Position numbers and translations under genes: made by a program. From positions 43,598,464 to 43,662,463 of the forward strand of contig NC_043011.1 of assembly GCF_006345805.1 (NCBI RefSeq): a DNA stretch of 64,000 nt, in the 5' to 3' direction. Every line of letters starts with the position of its first letter. The stretch's first letter is position 1. Below are positions 35,301-45,749 of this stretch, piece after piece. Origin of the DNA: Octopus sinensis. Its lineage: Eukaryota. The notes beneath the pieces are model-generated. The model was not told the DNA's origin. It searched no databases and saw only the letters and a list, made by a program, of their open reading frames with translations.

Positions 35301-38300
35301 CGTTATTGTTATTTATAATGCAGTGAGATGGCAGAATCGTTAGTATACCAGGCAGAATGCACGACTGCATTTAATCTCTTTTGTAAATTCAAAGTTGAAA
35401 TTCCACCAAGGTTGACTTTGCCTTTAATCTTAAAATTAAGACCCAGTTGATCCACTGGGTGTCACTGTAGTCAACTTTCACCCTTCCCCAAAATTTGATG
35501 CCAATATTGTTGTCGTTTATTTGCCAGGTATCCGAGTCCACTTCCACAAAATGGTGCAGGGGATGACATCTGTGACCCAGAACAAGGCCCAGTTGGGCCT
35601 TGGTCATGCCTATTCTCGTGCCAAGGTGAAGTTCAACATCAACCGAGTTGATAACATGATTATTCAGAGTATTGCACTGTTAGATCAATTGGACAAAGAC
35701 ATCAATGCATTCAGCATGAGGATCAGGTGAGTCTTAAATTCAATATTCTGCTGTGAAGTTGTGGCTTTCAGGCATTCTTGTCTTTGGGTTAACGGAGAAA
35801 TTATACATTCCACATAAAACTTTAATCCTTGAGTGTTCAGATTTGGGTCAAATGGGCATCCAGCTGTAGAAACTTTGCCAGATAAGACCGGAGCCTGATG
35901 CAGCCTTCTGTCTTCTCAGATCCCCGGTCGAACTGTCCAACCCATGCTAGCATGGAGAACGGACGTTAAACGATGATGATGATTTATTCACATTGTCTTG
36001 AATTATGTTTTATCTTGTGACTTCGATTTCAATGATGTGATTGTTTATTTTACTGTGGCATTGTAGAGTAGGTGTGAGATGTTGGATCTGGCCAGTTTAA
36101 ACATAAAAGAGGCAGAATATTTTGGCTGGTTTAACCCTTCAGCGGTCAGGTTATTCTGTCCAATGAAATGAGAGATTTTGATGATATGACTTTATTTTAA
36201 GAATAACATTGTCAGGAAGCTGTGAGAGTCCGGGTCTGGCTGGTTTGAACTTAAAATGGGTAGAATATTTTGGTTGGTTTAAATGTTAATGGGTTAAACT
36301 GGCCATATCCAGCCTGTCAGATCTGACCTCTCTCACATACCTTGCAATGTCATTCTGAAAATAAACAAATTGCACGAAGCTATGAGATAATGCAGGTGTA
36401 GGAGTGGCTGTGTGGTGAGTAGCCTGCTTACGAACCACATGGTTCTGGGTTAAGTCCCACTGCATGGCACCTTGGGCAAGTGTCTTCTACTATAGCCTCG
36501 GGCCGACTAAAGCCTTGTGAGTGGATTTGGTAGGCGGAAACTGAAAGAAGCCCGTGGTATGTATGTATGTCTGTGTTTGTCCCCCCAACATCACTTGACA
36601 ACTGATGCTGGTGTGTTTACGCCGCTGTCACTTAGTGGTTCGGCAAGAGAGACCGACAGAATAAGTACTAGGCTTACAACAAATAAGTCCTTGGGTCAGT
36701 TTGCTCGACTAAAGGCGGTGCCCAGCATGGCCGCAATCAAATGACTGAAACAAATAAAAAAAACATTTTTTAAAAATAAAAGTAAGCATTACATTTGACA
36801 GAGTAATCTGAATGCTGAAGGGTTAAGATATACATGGTTTATTCATCCTTGTTTTAATTGAATTCAATTGTTTGATTATTTCCAAGTCTTTGAGTCTGCA
36901 GCCATATTTTTAATTGTGGTGGCAGAATTAAACTTGGTACATAAACAGCTATGCATATTCTTCTACTTGTACCTGGAATTCTATACCCAAGTACATTTAA
37001 TGTTTGCTGACATGCATAAACATACTCCATGTTTGTGTGCTGTTACTATAATCTTTAGGGTAGGGGCATATCTCCTGCATATAATACACACAGTTTTCTG
37101 TAGTATTATGAGGATATATACAAAAAATAATGGTTGGCAATGAAAAGAGCTGCTCTATAATCGTGCTGGCCATCACTGCTGATAAACAAAGTGGACACAT
37201 GCATTTGATATTGTTGTAGTTGTTGCTTGTTTTTGTAATTTAATAAGATGATGTATATATATATATGTGTGTATGTTTATATAATTGTTTGTTGTGCTCC
37301 AGAGAGTGGTATTCCTACCATTTTCCAGAACTTTACAAAATAGTCCCAGAACAAGCGCTGTACGCTAAACTAGTGAAAATCATCAAGTCACGGAAAACGA
37401 TTACAGAAGAAACTATAGATGTTATGGAAGAGATTCTTAATGACAGAAGTAAAGCTCAGTCTGTTTATGAAGCATCAAAGTCTTCAATGGGTGAGATTTG
37501 GTTCCGACCGTTTTTTTTTCAATTTTTAATTTTGTGAATTAACTCTTTGAAATAGATGGCTTGCTTAGAGTATGAGATGTCTTGGTGCATCTATTTTGGC
37601 ATCACTGAGTTGATGCTGGCTTATTTGGGCCTCAGGCGTTCAAATATTTCTTCTTTTCTCTCTCTCACTCCTGTTTATGTGCGTGTGCAAATTTCTCTAT
37701 GTGTCTGAGGAGAGGGAAATTGTTTGTGTTAATCATGTTCAATTAATAAATTGTAACTTTCTCTCTCTCTCTCGGTATATATATATATATATAATATTAG
37801 GGAGTATAACTCCAAACTTACAGGGAAAAATTCAATTTAGTATTAAATCAAATTTCACAAAATAAATATATATAGAGAGAGAGATTAGAGAAAAACCACT
37901 ATTATGTAATTCAAACAATGAAAGACGTAAATCATACCACATAGAAAAAAATAAAATATATTATAAAACATTTTTCTAGATCACAGTAAAGTACATAAAG
38001 TAAGCATAACTATTATTAAACATTATTTTGTACTTTATTGTGATCTAGGGTAAATGTTTTATAATATATTTTATTTTTTCTATATGGTATGTTTTACGTT
38101 TATCATTGTTTGAATTACATAATAGTGGTTTTTTCTAATGTATTTATATTTCTGTGCTTGTTGCTATTCTTTTACCTGTTTCAGTCATTTGATTGCATCC
38201 ATGCTGGAACACTGCCCTGGGAGGTTTTTAGTCAAACAAATCAACCCCAGTGCTTAATTTTTTTTTTCTTTTTCAAAGCCTGGTACTTATTCTATCGGTC

Positions 38301-41300
38301 TCTTTTGCAGAACCGCTAATTTACACAAACACTGGTTGTCAAGCGGACGGGCAACTCTGATTGCTCTTCCTTCCTTTGATTTGAGAGATATTTGGCTGTT
38401 ATGTCTAGCAAGCCAGGGAACCGTGTAATGGTTTTAATTCAATCGACAAGTAATAATAATAGTTGGGCAGGGGTTACAACAATGCCCTGCAGCTATTTAT
38501 GCCACTGTATTTTTAATTCAGTTGCCCTTTCGGTGTCATTGTGGGTCTGAAGTATTAGCACTTGCTACACACTACTTATGTGAATTTACTACAGCTATGT
38601 TGCCTCAGACTGACCCTTCATGCCTTCCTAGTGGTAATTATCTTAATTAAAATAGCTTCTTTTTTTACGCCCTTTTCAAGCCTAGCCAGGCTCATGGGCC
38701 TGGTTTCTGTGGCATATGTGTTCCCCCCGGCTGGACGGGACGCCAATCCATCGCAGCGTTACTCAAGAAACATGAAGAGAGAGTGAGAGAAAGTTGTGGC
38801 GAAGGAGTACAGCAAGGGTCGCCACTACCTCCTGTCGAAGCTTTTAGGTGTAAACACACAACGCTCAGTCTGGGAATCGAAACTGCGATCCTCCGGCCGC
38901 AAGTCCGCTGCCCTAACCACTGGGCCATTGCACCTCCACAGCTTCTTAGTAGTTGGGCAAAAGACAAATATCAGGACGTGGGGGGAATTTTAGAGTGACA
39001 GGGAAACAACTCCAAAATGATAGTGCCACACTACACTCTTGCTTTTTTTTTTTTTTAATATTATTTATCATGTCTCCCTAATGTGTTTTAATTAGGGTTA
39101 TCATCATAATTTTAACGTCCACTTTTCCTTGATTGCCTGGGTTGGACATTATCTACTGAGGCAGATTTTCTGTCACTGACCCATACCTGATTCCAAACAG
39201 ATTAAGTAATATTCCCCCATGGGCAGGTGTGTTTTCACAGAATATTGGAAACGGACATCATTTGCAAGATTGTGCTTCTCATTTAATACTACTGTGACGC
39301 ACACACAAAGACGGTGGTTCTATCAGGTTCTACCTACTTGTTTCTTTCCCGAGGCTTTGGTTGACCTGGGACTTGGTTAGAAGAAACTTGGCGATGGTGT
39401 CATTCGGTGGAACTGAACCTGAATCCACGTGGTTGTGAAGAAAAACTTCTTACCTCACAGTTATGCCTTTGCCTATGTATATTTAATATTTTAATCTAAT
39501 CTTTATTTCAGGTATGGATATATCAGTCATAGACTTACTAAACATTGAGATGTTTGCTAAACGTGTGGTTGACCTCATTGAATATCGAGCTAATCTTGTG
39601 GAATATCTACAAAAGAAAATGTCTCAAGTTGCACCAAATCTCACAGCATTAATCGGAGAAACGGTAAGCTATTTCGATCTTTCTCTCTTCATCAAAATTA
39701 TCGCGGGAACAGGTTTATGTAATGTGTCTGTCAAATGTGGTGTGCCAGTGGATAAAAAATGGCATATACAGATTGTGGGTGGGCTTTGGTAGTTATGTCT
39801 CATCACAGATCTTTTATAAAAGAATGTAAGCACAGGCATGGCTGTGTCATTATAAGGGTTTGCTGCCCAACCGTATGGTTTTGGGTTCAGTCATACTGTG
39901 TGGCACTTTGGGTGACTTTCCTATTCTAACCCTGGACCAAACAAAGCTTGGTAAGTGAAGTTGGTGGCTGGAAACTGAAAGAAGTGTATGTGTGTGTAGT
40001 TTATGTTCCTAACACTAGCTTAATGACAAGTTGTTTTACTAAGTTCTTTGTTATAATTAAAATTTATTGAAAGAAACACAGAGCATCTCAACAGAAATAC
40101 AGTAACGAAAGGGTTAAAGAAATGGCTTTGGTTGAACCAAGTTAGCTCAGAATGGGTGGTGGGTATTTAATGAAGTCTCTACTTTATCGTTGTTTCACAT
40201 TGGCAGGCAGGTAGTATGCCAAACAAGAATTGGTGCCTACCATTTGCTGTGTTCCTCTTAATTTTGTCTGTGGATAAAAATGTTTGATTTTCAAATGGTT
40301 TGTTTCGGACAGGTTGGTGCTCGACTTATTTCTCATGCTGGAAGTTTGACAAATCTTGCCAAATGTCCGGCATCAACTTTACAGATTCTTGGAGCTGAGA
40401 AGGCACTCTTCAGGTAAGACATATGCAATGACCAGTTACAGAGTTGGTGCTGTTGCGTGGAATAATTTGTTCATTCTGTTTTGGAGTTTGTGCTAAAGTT
40501 TGGAGCTTTTCATATTTAGTCTGGACTGATGGGACTTTTTGAAGTTTTTCCAAGTGTTATGAACCTGAAATCTTTGTTTTCTATTTGCATGGACATGGCT
40601 GTGTGGTAAGGAGTTTGCCTGTCAGTCACATGGTTTCTGGTTCAATCCTGCTATGTGGCACTCCGAAACAGTTTGTTTTTTCTACTGTGGCCTCATGTTG
40701 ATCGAAGCCTTGTCAATGATTAGGTAGATGGAAACTGAAAGAAGCCCATTGTGTCTGGGTGTATTCCTGACAGTCTGTTGGAGGCTAGCAGGCAGGAACT
40801 TCGAAGTCACTGTCACCTCTTGTAAAACCAAGTAATTTACATGTGCTCAATTACCAATTGTGCATTGTGTCCTTGAGCAAGACGTTATTTCACATTGCTC
40901 CAGTTCACTCAGCTGGCAAGAATGAATTTTACCTGTATTTCAAAGGGCCAGCCTTGTCACACTGAATCTCCTTGAGAACTACATGGAGCGTGTGCTTGTT
41001 TGTGCTCAGCCACGTGCATGTTCATTTCATTAGCAGACTGTTCCATTGATCAAATAAACCGGAGCTCTTATAATCAATGGAGTGTGCCAGGTAGCTATTC
41101 TGCTAAAAGGTTTTGAGTAATTCTTCAGCTTAGTGTTGAATTGTGTTAATATATATCACGACATAACAATAAATGTCGCCCTTTTCAACCCTAGCCAGGC
41201 TCATGGGCCCGGTTTCTGTGGCGTATGTGTTCCCCCCCAGCTGTACGGGATGCCAGTCCATCGCAGTGTTACTCAAGAAACAGGAAGAGAGAGAGAGAAG

Positions 41301-44300
41301 GTTGTGGCTAAAGAGTACAACAGGAATCGCCACCACCCCCTGCCTGAGCCTCATGCAGCTTTTAGGTGTTTTCATTCAATAAACACACAACGCCCAGTCT
41401 GGGAATCGAAACCGGTATCCTCTGACCACGACTCTGCTGCCCTAACCACTGGGCCATTGCGCCTCCACAAACATGACATAAAATCAAACTATATATATAC
41501 ATATACACACATTTGTGTGATCAGTTAGTTTGACAGTCAGCTGTGGATTCCACTTGCTGTTGTATGTTTGAGCAGAGAACCACCCAAGGAGATGTAAATG
41601 CAATTATCACAGCAGTACCACTCTTCCATGCCATATTGTACAACAGTTTTGAAAATGTAGAATTTCTGTAAAAGAAAGACACAGCATTATTTTTGCTCTG
41701 CTGTGACTCCTTTGATTGAACTTTCTATGTATTTTCTATTTTCAGAGCTTTGAAGGTTCGAGGGAACACACCAAAATATGGTCTAATATTTCACTCCACA
41801 TTCATCGGGCGTGCTGGCGCCCAAAACAAGGGCAGGATATCTCGGTTTTTGGCCAACAAATGTTCTCTGGCCACCAGGGTTGATTGTTTTGCAGGTGAGT
41901 AGTGGTTGTGGTGCTTTGATAGAAGTGTAAATGATAAGGTCATGTAGTAAGATGGCATCTGCGGTTGACTTAGTTTTGGTTCTTTTTGGAGCATACAGCT
42001 AATTTGTAAATAATAAAGGAATTTTGTAGACCTTCAACAGGGTTTCAATGCTAAGACCCTTCCTTGCCCAAATAATCTTAAGAAGTCTGGCTTTGGCAAT
42101 ATTTTTGTTGGTTTAACCTTTTAGAATTCAGATTCCTCAGTCAAACATAACAGCTCTTTATTCACAATCATCAACACCATTGTTTAACATCCACCTTCCA
42201 TGCTGGTATTAGTTGGACAGTTTCACCAGAACTGGCCAGGCATAAGACTGCACCAGACTTCTGTGTCTGTTTTGGCACGGTTTTTACGGCTGGATGCCCT
42301 TCCTAACATTGTTTTGAATTAATCATTTATTGTTATATATCTTCAACATTTCGATGTGATTGTCTGTTTTTAGAAGAGCACTGTTGGGTAGGTGTGAGAT
42401 GCTGGATGTGGCCAGTTTGAGCTTAAGACGGATATTTGGGCCACGTAATAGCCAGTGTAAGTGCAAATGGGTTGCAGCAATAAATTTGATCATCTGTGGT
42501 GTGATTTTCGTCTATTGTTTCTACAGCGTGTTTGTTGCCATTACCGCTTGACTGGCCCTCGTGCTGGTAGCATGTAAAAGCACCCACTACATTCGGAATG
42601 GTTGGCATTAGGAAGGGCATCCAGCTGTAGAAACCCTGCCAAATCGGATTGGAGCCTGGGGTAGCTATCTGGTTCGCTAGTCCTCGGTCAAATCATCAAA
42701 CCCATGCTAGCATGGAAAGTGGGTGTTAAATGATGAGAATCTGTACCTATTCACTGATACCTTTGTCAATTCCTTTACTTAAATTAAAGAGTCATCTGCT
42801 AAACACCCTTATTATGTATGGCTTCTGTGGTTGGCATTAGGAAGGGCATCCAGTTGTAAAAACCAGACTATGGAACCTGCTGCACGTCCTGCTTTTGTCA
42901 TCTATCAAATCCTGTTGTGTGTGTTCACATAGGTTTATGTTAATTGTGTATACCACTGTGCTGTCAGTTTGTTTCATTAACTGGCTTTAACTACATCCTC
43001 CTATTGTTCATGGTTTACTGTTATTGATATACATCACCTTATCGTTCATTGTTAGTATTGAAAATATGGTGTTCGTTATGTTCCAGATTTCCCAAATTCT
43101 GTGATTGGTGTACATCTCCGGCAGCAAGTAGAAGACAGGCTCTTGTATTTTGAAACAGGTTCCACGCCAAAGAAGAACATTGATATCATGAGACTGGCAC
43201 TGGCTGAGGTGAGTATTTATTTATTTAATTAATTTTTAATTATGAAACTCGAGGCAGATAAGGCTATAAATGATAGTGTGTGAATATGGAGTTGAAAAAA
43301 ACCCCAAAAACCTTTGGATGCAATATATTAGTGCATGGTGTCTGTATAATGTGATCTTTTAGGTTTTGCTCACTTCTCCAATGATGAGACCATCCTTGCG
43401 CTCAGAATGCTGGAGTCTGCTGCTACAGCAACTTCGCATATGTTAGTCAACCCCAGGGACCAAGGCTGGCCAGTGTGTGGTCACTTTGGGTCTGAGGAAA
43501 AGTGATGCAAAATCCTTCCCTTGTTCTTTCATATCTTATCATACATTGTCCTTTTGCTCTAACTTCCCCCTCTTCTGTGGTCATATTTTTGCAAAGTAAT
43601 TCACTGAGAGTTAACATCATTATCGTTATCATCATTTAACATCTATTTTTGCATGTCAGGATGGGTTGGACGGTTCTACTAGTACTGACATGTCTACTTG
43701 GTGTGGTTTCTACGGCTGGATGACTTTACTAATTTGTAAACAGTTTGTCTGTTTAACCCTTTAGTGTTTGCATTATTCTGCCAAAATTAATGCTTTTTTT
43801 ATCCACATTGCCTTGAACTAATCATACATTATCTTGTAGCTATGAGATTTTGATGAGGTAGCTGTTAATTTTTAAAATGATATTGTAGGGCTGGTATAAG
43901 AGGCCAGTTTGAACATAAAACAGGCAGAATACTTTTGGTCGGTTTAAATGCTAAAGGGTTAATTGTTACATCACACCTAATTACTGCTTAATTATTATAC
44001 TGTATCTCGAGACAGCAATCTGGCAGAATTGTTAATATTTTGGACAAAATACTCTCGGATTGGTTGGCGTTAGGAAGGGCATCCAGCTGTAGAAACTGCC
44101 AGATCAGATTGGAGCATGGTGTAGCCATCTGCTTTGCCAGCCCTCAGTCAAATCGCCCAACCCATGCTAGCATGGAAAGCGGACGTTAAATGATGATGAT
44201 GATACTTAGAGGCATTTCGACTGGCTTTACGTTCTGGATACATATCTGCCAGGATTGTCTTTGCCTTTCATCTTTTCACTGTTGATAAAATAAACCTCAA

Positions 44301-45277
44301 TGGAATTTAACTTCATTGTTGTATTTCGGAATGGTCATTTTTAACTTCCCCTTCCCCTCAAAAAATTGCTGGCCTAGTGCCAAAATTAGAACAAATTATT
44401 ACATGTTTAATTACTGCATATTTGGTGTTGGAGAACATTAAACCTGGTCTTATCCATTTCACTGATTGCTTTTTTTAATTGTTAATAAGTTATATCTAAT
44501 TACTGCTGTCATGTCTAATTAGTTTTTGTTTATTTTCAGGTTGCCAATCTTTATGTCAAGCACCAGAAGAAGGAAAAGAAAAAGAAGAAAAAGTCTCTGT
44601 CAATTGTAGAACTGCCAGACAATGCTATGGTCAATGGCGACACTGTGGTGGGCGTTCCTGTTGATGAGAGCGGCGGCGGGGATAAGTTGGTTTCTTCAAA
44701 GAAAAAGAGGAAGTTGGCAGATGAAGAAGAAGCTGAGGCTGATGTGACAGAGAAGAGCAAGAAGAAGAAGAAAAAGAAGCATGATGAAAGTGTGGTGGAG
44801 GAGGTGGAAACGGTTAATGGTGGCGGTGATGAGGTGGAGACTCCGTCAAAGAAAAAGAAAAAGAAAAAGAAATCTGGTGATGAGGAAGAGGAGGTGGAGA
44901 AGGAAGAGGTAGTAGTTGTAAATACAGAAACTCCATCTTCAAAGAAGAAGAAGAAGAAAAAGAAGGCTGAAGATGAAGAGGAAGCAGAGGTTGTAAATAC
45001 GGAAACTCCTGTGTTGAAAAAGAAGAAGAAGAAGAAGAAATCTGGTGATGACGATGAAGCAGAGGAGGAGCAAGTTGTAAATACGCAGTCTTCATCAAAG
45101 AAGAAGAAGAAAAAGAAGTTGGGTGCTGAAGGGGAAGATGGGGAATCAACGACTCCGCTGAAGGGGAAGAAAAAGAAAGAATCTGATGATGTGGATGTTA
45201 CAGAAAATACAGAGACTCCGTCAAAAAAGAAAAGTAAAAAGAAGAAATCTTCAAAAGTGAAAGATGAAGAAGACTGA
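20239..45277 (+). CDS. NOP56: Nucleolar protein 56 (box C/D snoRNP core protein), 10 coding exons, 677 aa
   Basis: All introns are GT-AG and phases are compatible (3+208+174+199+188+152+101+149+122+738 = 2034 nt). Conserved motifs include [60 protein letters not shown] and a K/E-rich tail. Confidence 0.96.
22958..23697. mobile_element. TIR element (GGTACTACT... termini) flanked by ~107-bp direct repeats
   Basis: ~85-bp imperfect TIRs. The flanks 22851-22957 and 23698-23806 are near-identical. Confidence 0.8.
24484..24691 (+). CDS. NOP56: NOP56 exon 2
   Basis: TTTAG|GCT...GAAG|GTAAGT; encodes [14 protein letters not shown]...NSLSE. Confidence 0.95.
24870..25328. mobile_element. Foldback MITE, Merlin-like, in NOP56 intron 2
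   Basis: ~200-bp inverted arms start GGCAATCCTTCG. The 8-bp TSD is GAAATCAT (24862-24869 / 25329-25336). Confidence 0.87.
26046..26169 (+). ncRNA. H/ACA snoRNA, copy 1 (NOP56 intron 2; most diverged)
   Basis: Hairpin-ACACCA(H box)-hairpin-ACA. The pockets match the other copies and only the apical loop differs. Confidence 0.8.
27352..27481 (+). ncRNA. H/ACA snoRNA, copy 2 (NOP56 intron 2)
   Basis: Same architecture, with structure-preserving stem changes (AATTCT/AGAATT; CAGTT/GACTG). Confidence 0.82.
28531..29175. mobile_element. piggyBac-like MITEs (TTAA-flanked, CCCTTT termini)
   Basis: TTAACCCTTT...AAAGGGTTAA at 28531-28760 and 28960-29175. Similar copies occur at 60264-60492 and elsewhere. 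Confidence 0.65.
29351..29524 (+). CDS. NOP56: NOP56 exon 3
   Basis: CCAG|GT...AGAG|GTAAGA; encodes [12 protein letters not shown]...[10 protein letters not shown]...EIIR. Confidence 0.95.
30273..30402 (+). ncRNA. H/ACA snoRNA, copy 3 (intron 3 array)
   Basis: H box 30329-30334 and ACA 30397-30399. The pocket-to-box distances are 15 and 14 nt. Confidence 0.82.
31877..32006 (+). ncRNA. H/ACA snoRNA, copy 4
   Basis: Near-identical to copy 3; ACA at 32001-32003. Confidence 0.82.
33453..33582 (+). ncRNA. H/ACA snoRNA, copy 5
   Basis: Perfect GGACAC/GTGTCC basal stem; ACA at 33577-33579. Confidence 0.83.
35043..35172 (+). ncRNA. H/ACA snoRNA, copy 6
   Basis: One mismatch in the 5' basal stem and a wobble in the 3' stem; ACA at 35167-35169. 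Confidence 0.78.
35528..35726 (+). CDS. NOP56: NOP56 exon 4
   Basis: CCAG|GT...ATCAG|GTGAGT; encodes IRVHFHKM...[46 protein letters not shown]. Confidence 0.96.
37303..37490 (+). CDS. NOP56: NOP56 exon 5
   Basis: CCAG|A GAG TGG...ATG G|GTGAGA; encodes [10 protein letters not shown]...ASKSSM. Confidence 0.96.
37884..38139. repeat. Long AT-rich imperfect palindrome (~110-bp arms, ~33-nt loop)
   Basis: ATTAGAGAAAAACCACTATTATG...AAAGTACA pairs with TGTACTTT...CATAATAGTGGTTTTTTCTAAT. Confidence 0.85.
38660..38945 (-). mobile_element. tRNA-derived SINE (family C, head GGAGG(C/A)GCAATGGCCCAGTGGTTAGGGCAG)
   Basis: Similar copies at 41180-41470(-) and 49515-49800(+). Confidence 0.75.
39512..39663 (+). 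CDS. NOP56: NOP56 exon 6
   Basis: TTCAG|GT ATG GAT...GAA ACG|GTAAGC; encodes [11 protein letters not shown]...[12 protein letters not shown]. Confidence 0.96.
40313..40413 (+). CDS. NOP56: NOP56 exon 7
   Basis: ACAG|GTT...TTC AG|GTAAGA; encodes [33 protein letters not shown]. Confidence 0.96.
41746..41894 (+). CDS. NOP56: NOP56 exon 8
   Basis: TTCAG|A GCT...GCA G|GTGAGT; encodes [23 protein letters not shown]...[21 protein letters not shown]. Confidence 0.96.
43087..43208 (+). CDS. NOP56: NOP56 exon 9
   Basis: TCCAG|AT...GAG|GTGAGT; encodes [24 protein letters not shown]...DIMRLALAE. Confidence 0.94.
43376..43500 (+). ncRNA. Box C/D snoRNA, predicted U6 snRNA 2'-O-methylation guide (NOP56 intron 9)
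   Basis: C box ATGATGA at 43381-43387 and D box CTGA at 43492-43495. The terminal stem CACTTCTCC/GGAAAAGTG has 8 of 9 pairs. CATCCTTGCGC (43391-43401) is complementary to U6 G65-G75. Confidence 0.8.
44540..45277 (+). CDS. NOP56: NOP56 exon 10 (K/E-rich C-terminal tail and stop)
   Basis: TTTTCAG|GTT, in frame with ORF 44627-45277; TGA stop. Confidence 0.93.
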   Translation, partial: VANLYVKHQKKEKKKKKKSLSIVELPDNAMVNGDTVVGVPVDESGGGDKLVSSKKKRKLADEEEAEADVTEKSKKKKKKKHDESVVEEVETVNGGGDEVETPSKKKKKKKKSGDEEEEVEKEEVVVVNTETPSSKKKKKKKKAEDEEEAEVVNTETPVLKKKKKKKKSGDDDEAEEEQVVNTQSSSKKKKKKKLGAEGEDGESTTPLKGKKKKESDDVDVTENTETPSKKKSKKKKSSKVKDEED

Positions 45278-45440
45278 ATGAATGAGAGGATTTGCATGAG
45301 TGTGTGTAAGTGTATGGCTGTGTTATCAAAGACGGATGCTACTGATAGGTAGCATCTGTGGCGGACCATTTTAAATTATGTTATTTTTTAATGTGTATTT
45401 CCAATACTTTGGTTATTGGATAACAAAAAAGAGAAGAAAA

Positions 45441-45446
45441 AATAAA
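45441..45446 (+). terminator. Probable NOP56 polyadenylation signal
   Basis: AATAAA lies ~165 nt after the stop codon, with a T-rich region downstream. Confidence 0.55.
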
Positions 45447-45749
45447 GGTTTAAATTTTATATTCAATCATTATTTCTTCCAAATAAGAAAACCTTTTTTT
45501 TTTTTTTCTCTCATTTTGGTCTTTTATGTTCTGAGTTCTATTCCTGCTGATGGTAGTTAATCTCACTTTTCATCATTCAAGGCTTGACTAAGGTTTTACA
45601 ACGGGATTTTTTAATCCTAAATTTCTGGCTTTGTGTTTATTTTAGTATTTATCGTTACTGGTTCCGGTTGTTTCTGAGGTCACCTTTGCTATTCTTCCCA
45701 AATTAGTGAAATCATTGGCATATGTTCCTCTGCTCCACTAATTGTTTCC

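Larger units (their letters stand above)
29620..35345. repeat. Tandem array of ~1.59-kb units (about 3.6 copies) in NOP56 intron 3
   Basis: Anchor AGAAGCCTGTTTCTAGCAATA at ~29746, 31326, 32911 and 34524. Each unit carries one snoRNA copy plus SINE fragments. Confidence 0.93.

Noticed and set aside
38455-38555. TTGGGCAGGGGTT resembling a U6 C62 guide, plus a terminal GGGTCTGA similar to the intron 9 snoRNA
   Set aside because: There is no credible C box (ATAATAG) or D' box, and the putative guide is sequestered in a local hairpin. At best it is a decayed paralogue.
40361-40369. NOP56 AKCP where vertebrates have AKYP (TGT vs TAT, resembling a hard-wired A-to-G edit)
   Set aside because: The position varies among NOP56 orthologues as I recall, and a single substitution cannot support an editing link.
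42722-42810. C/D-like arrangement (ATGATGA, internal CTGA, GGGTGTT/AACACCC stem, 13-nt match to 18S UAAAGGAAUUGAC)
   Set aside because: The TGATGA is the (GAT)n tail of an RTE fragment. There is no terminal D box (CTGC), and the rRNA match is not adjacent to a D/D' box; 13-mers are expected by chance at this scale.
44551-45369. 272-aa Phe/Ser-rich ORF on the - strand
   Set aside because: It is the antisense shadow of the Lys/Glu codons in NOP56 exon 10.
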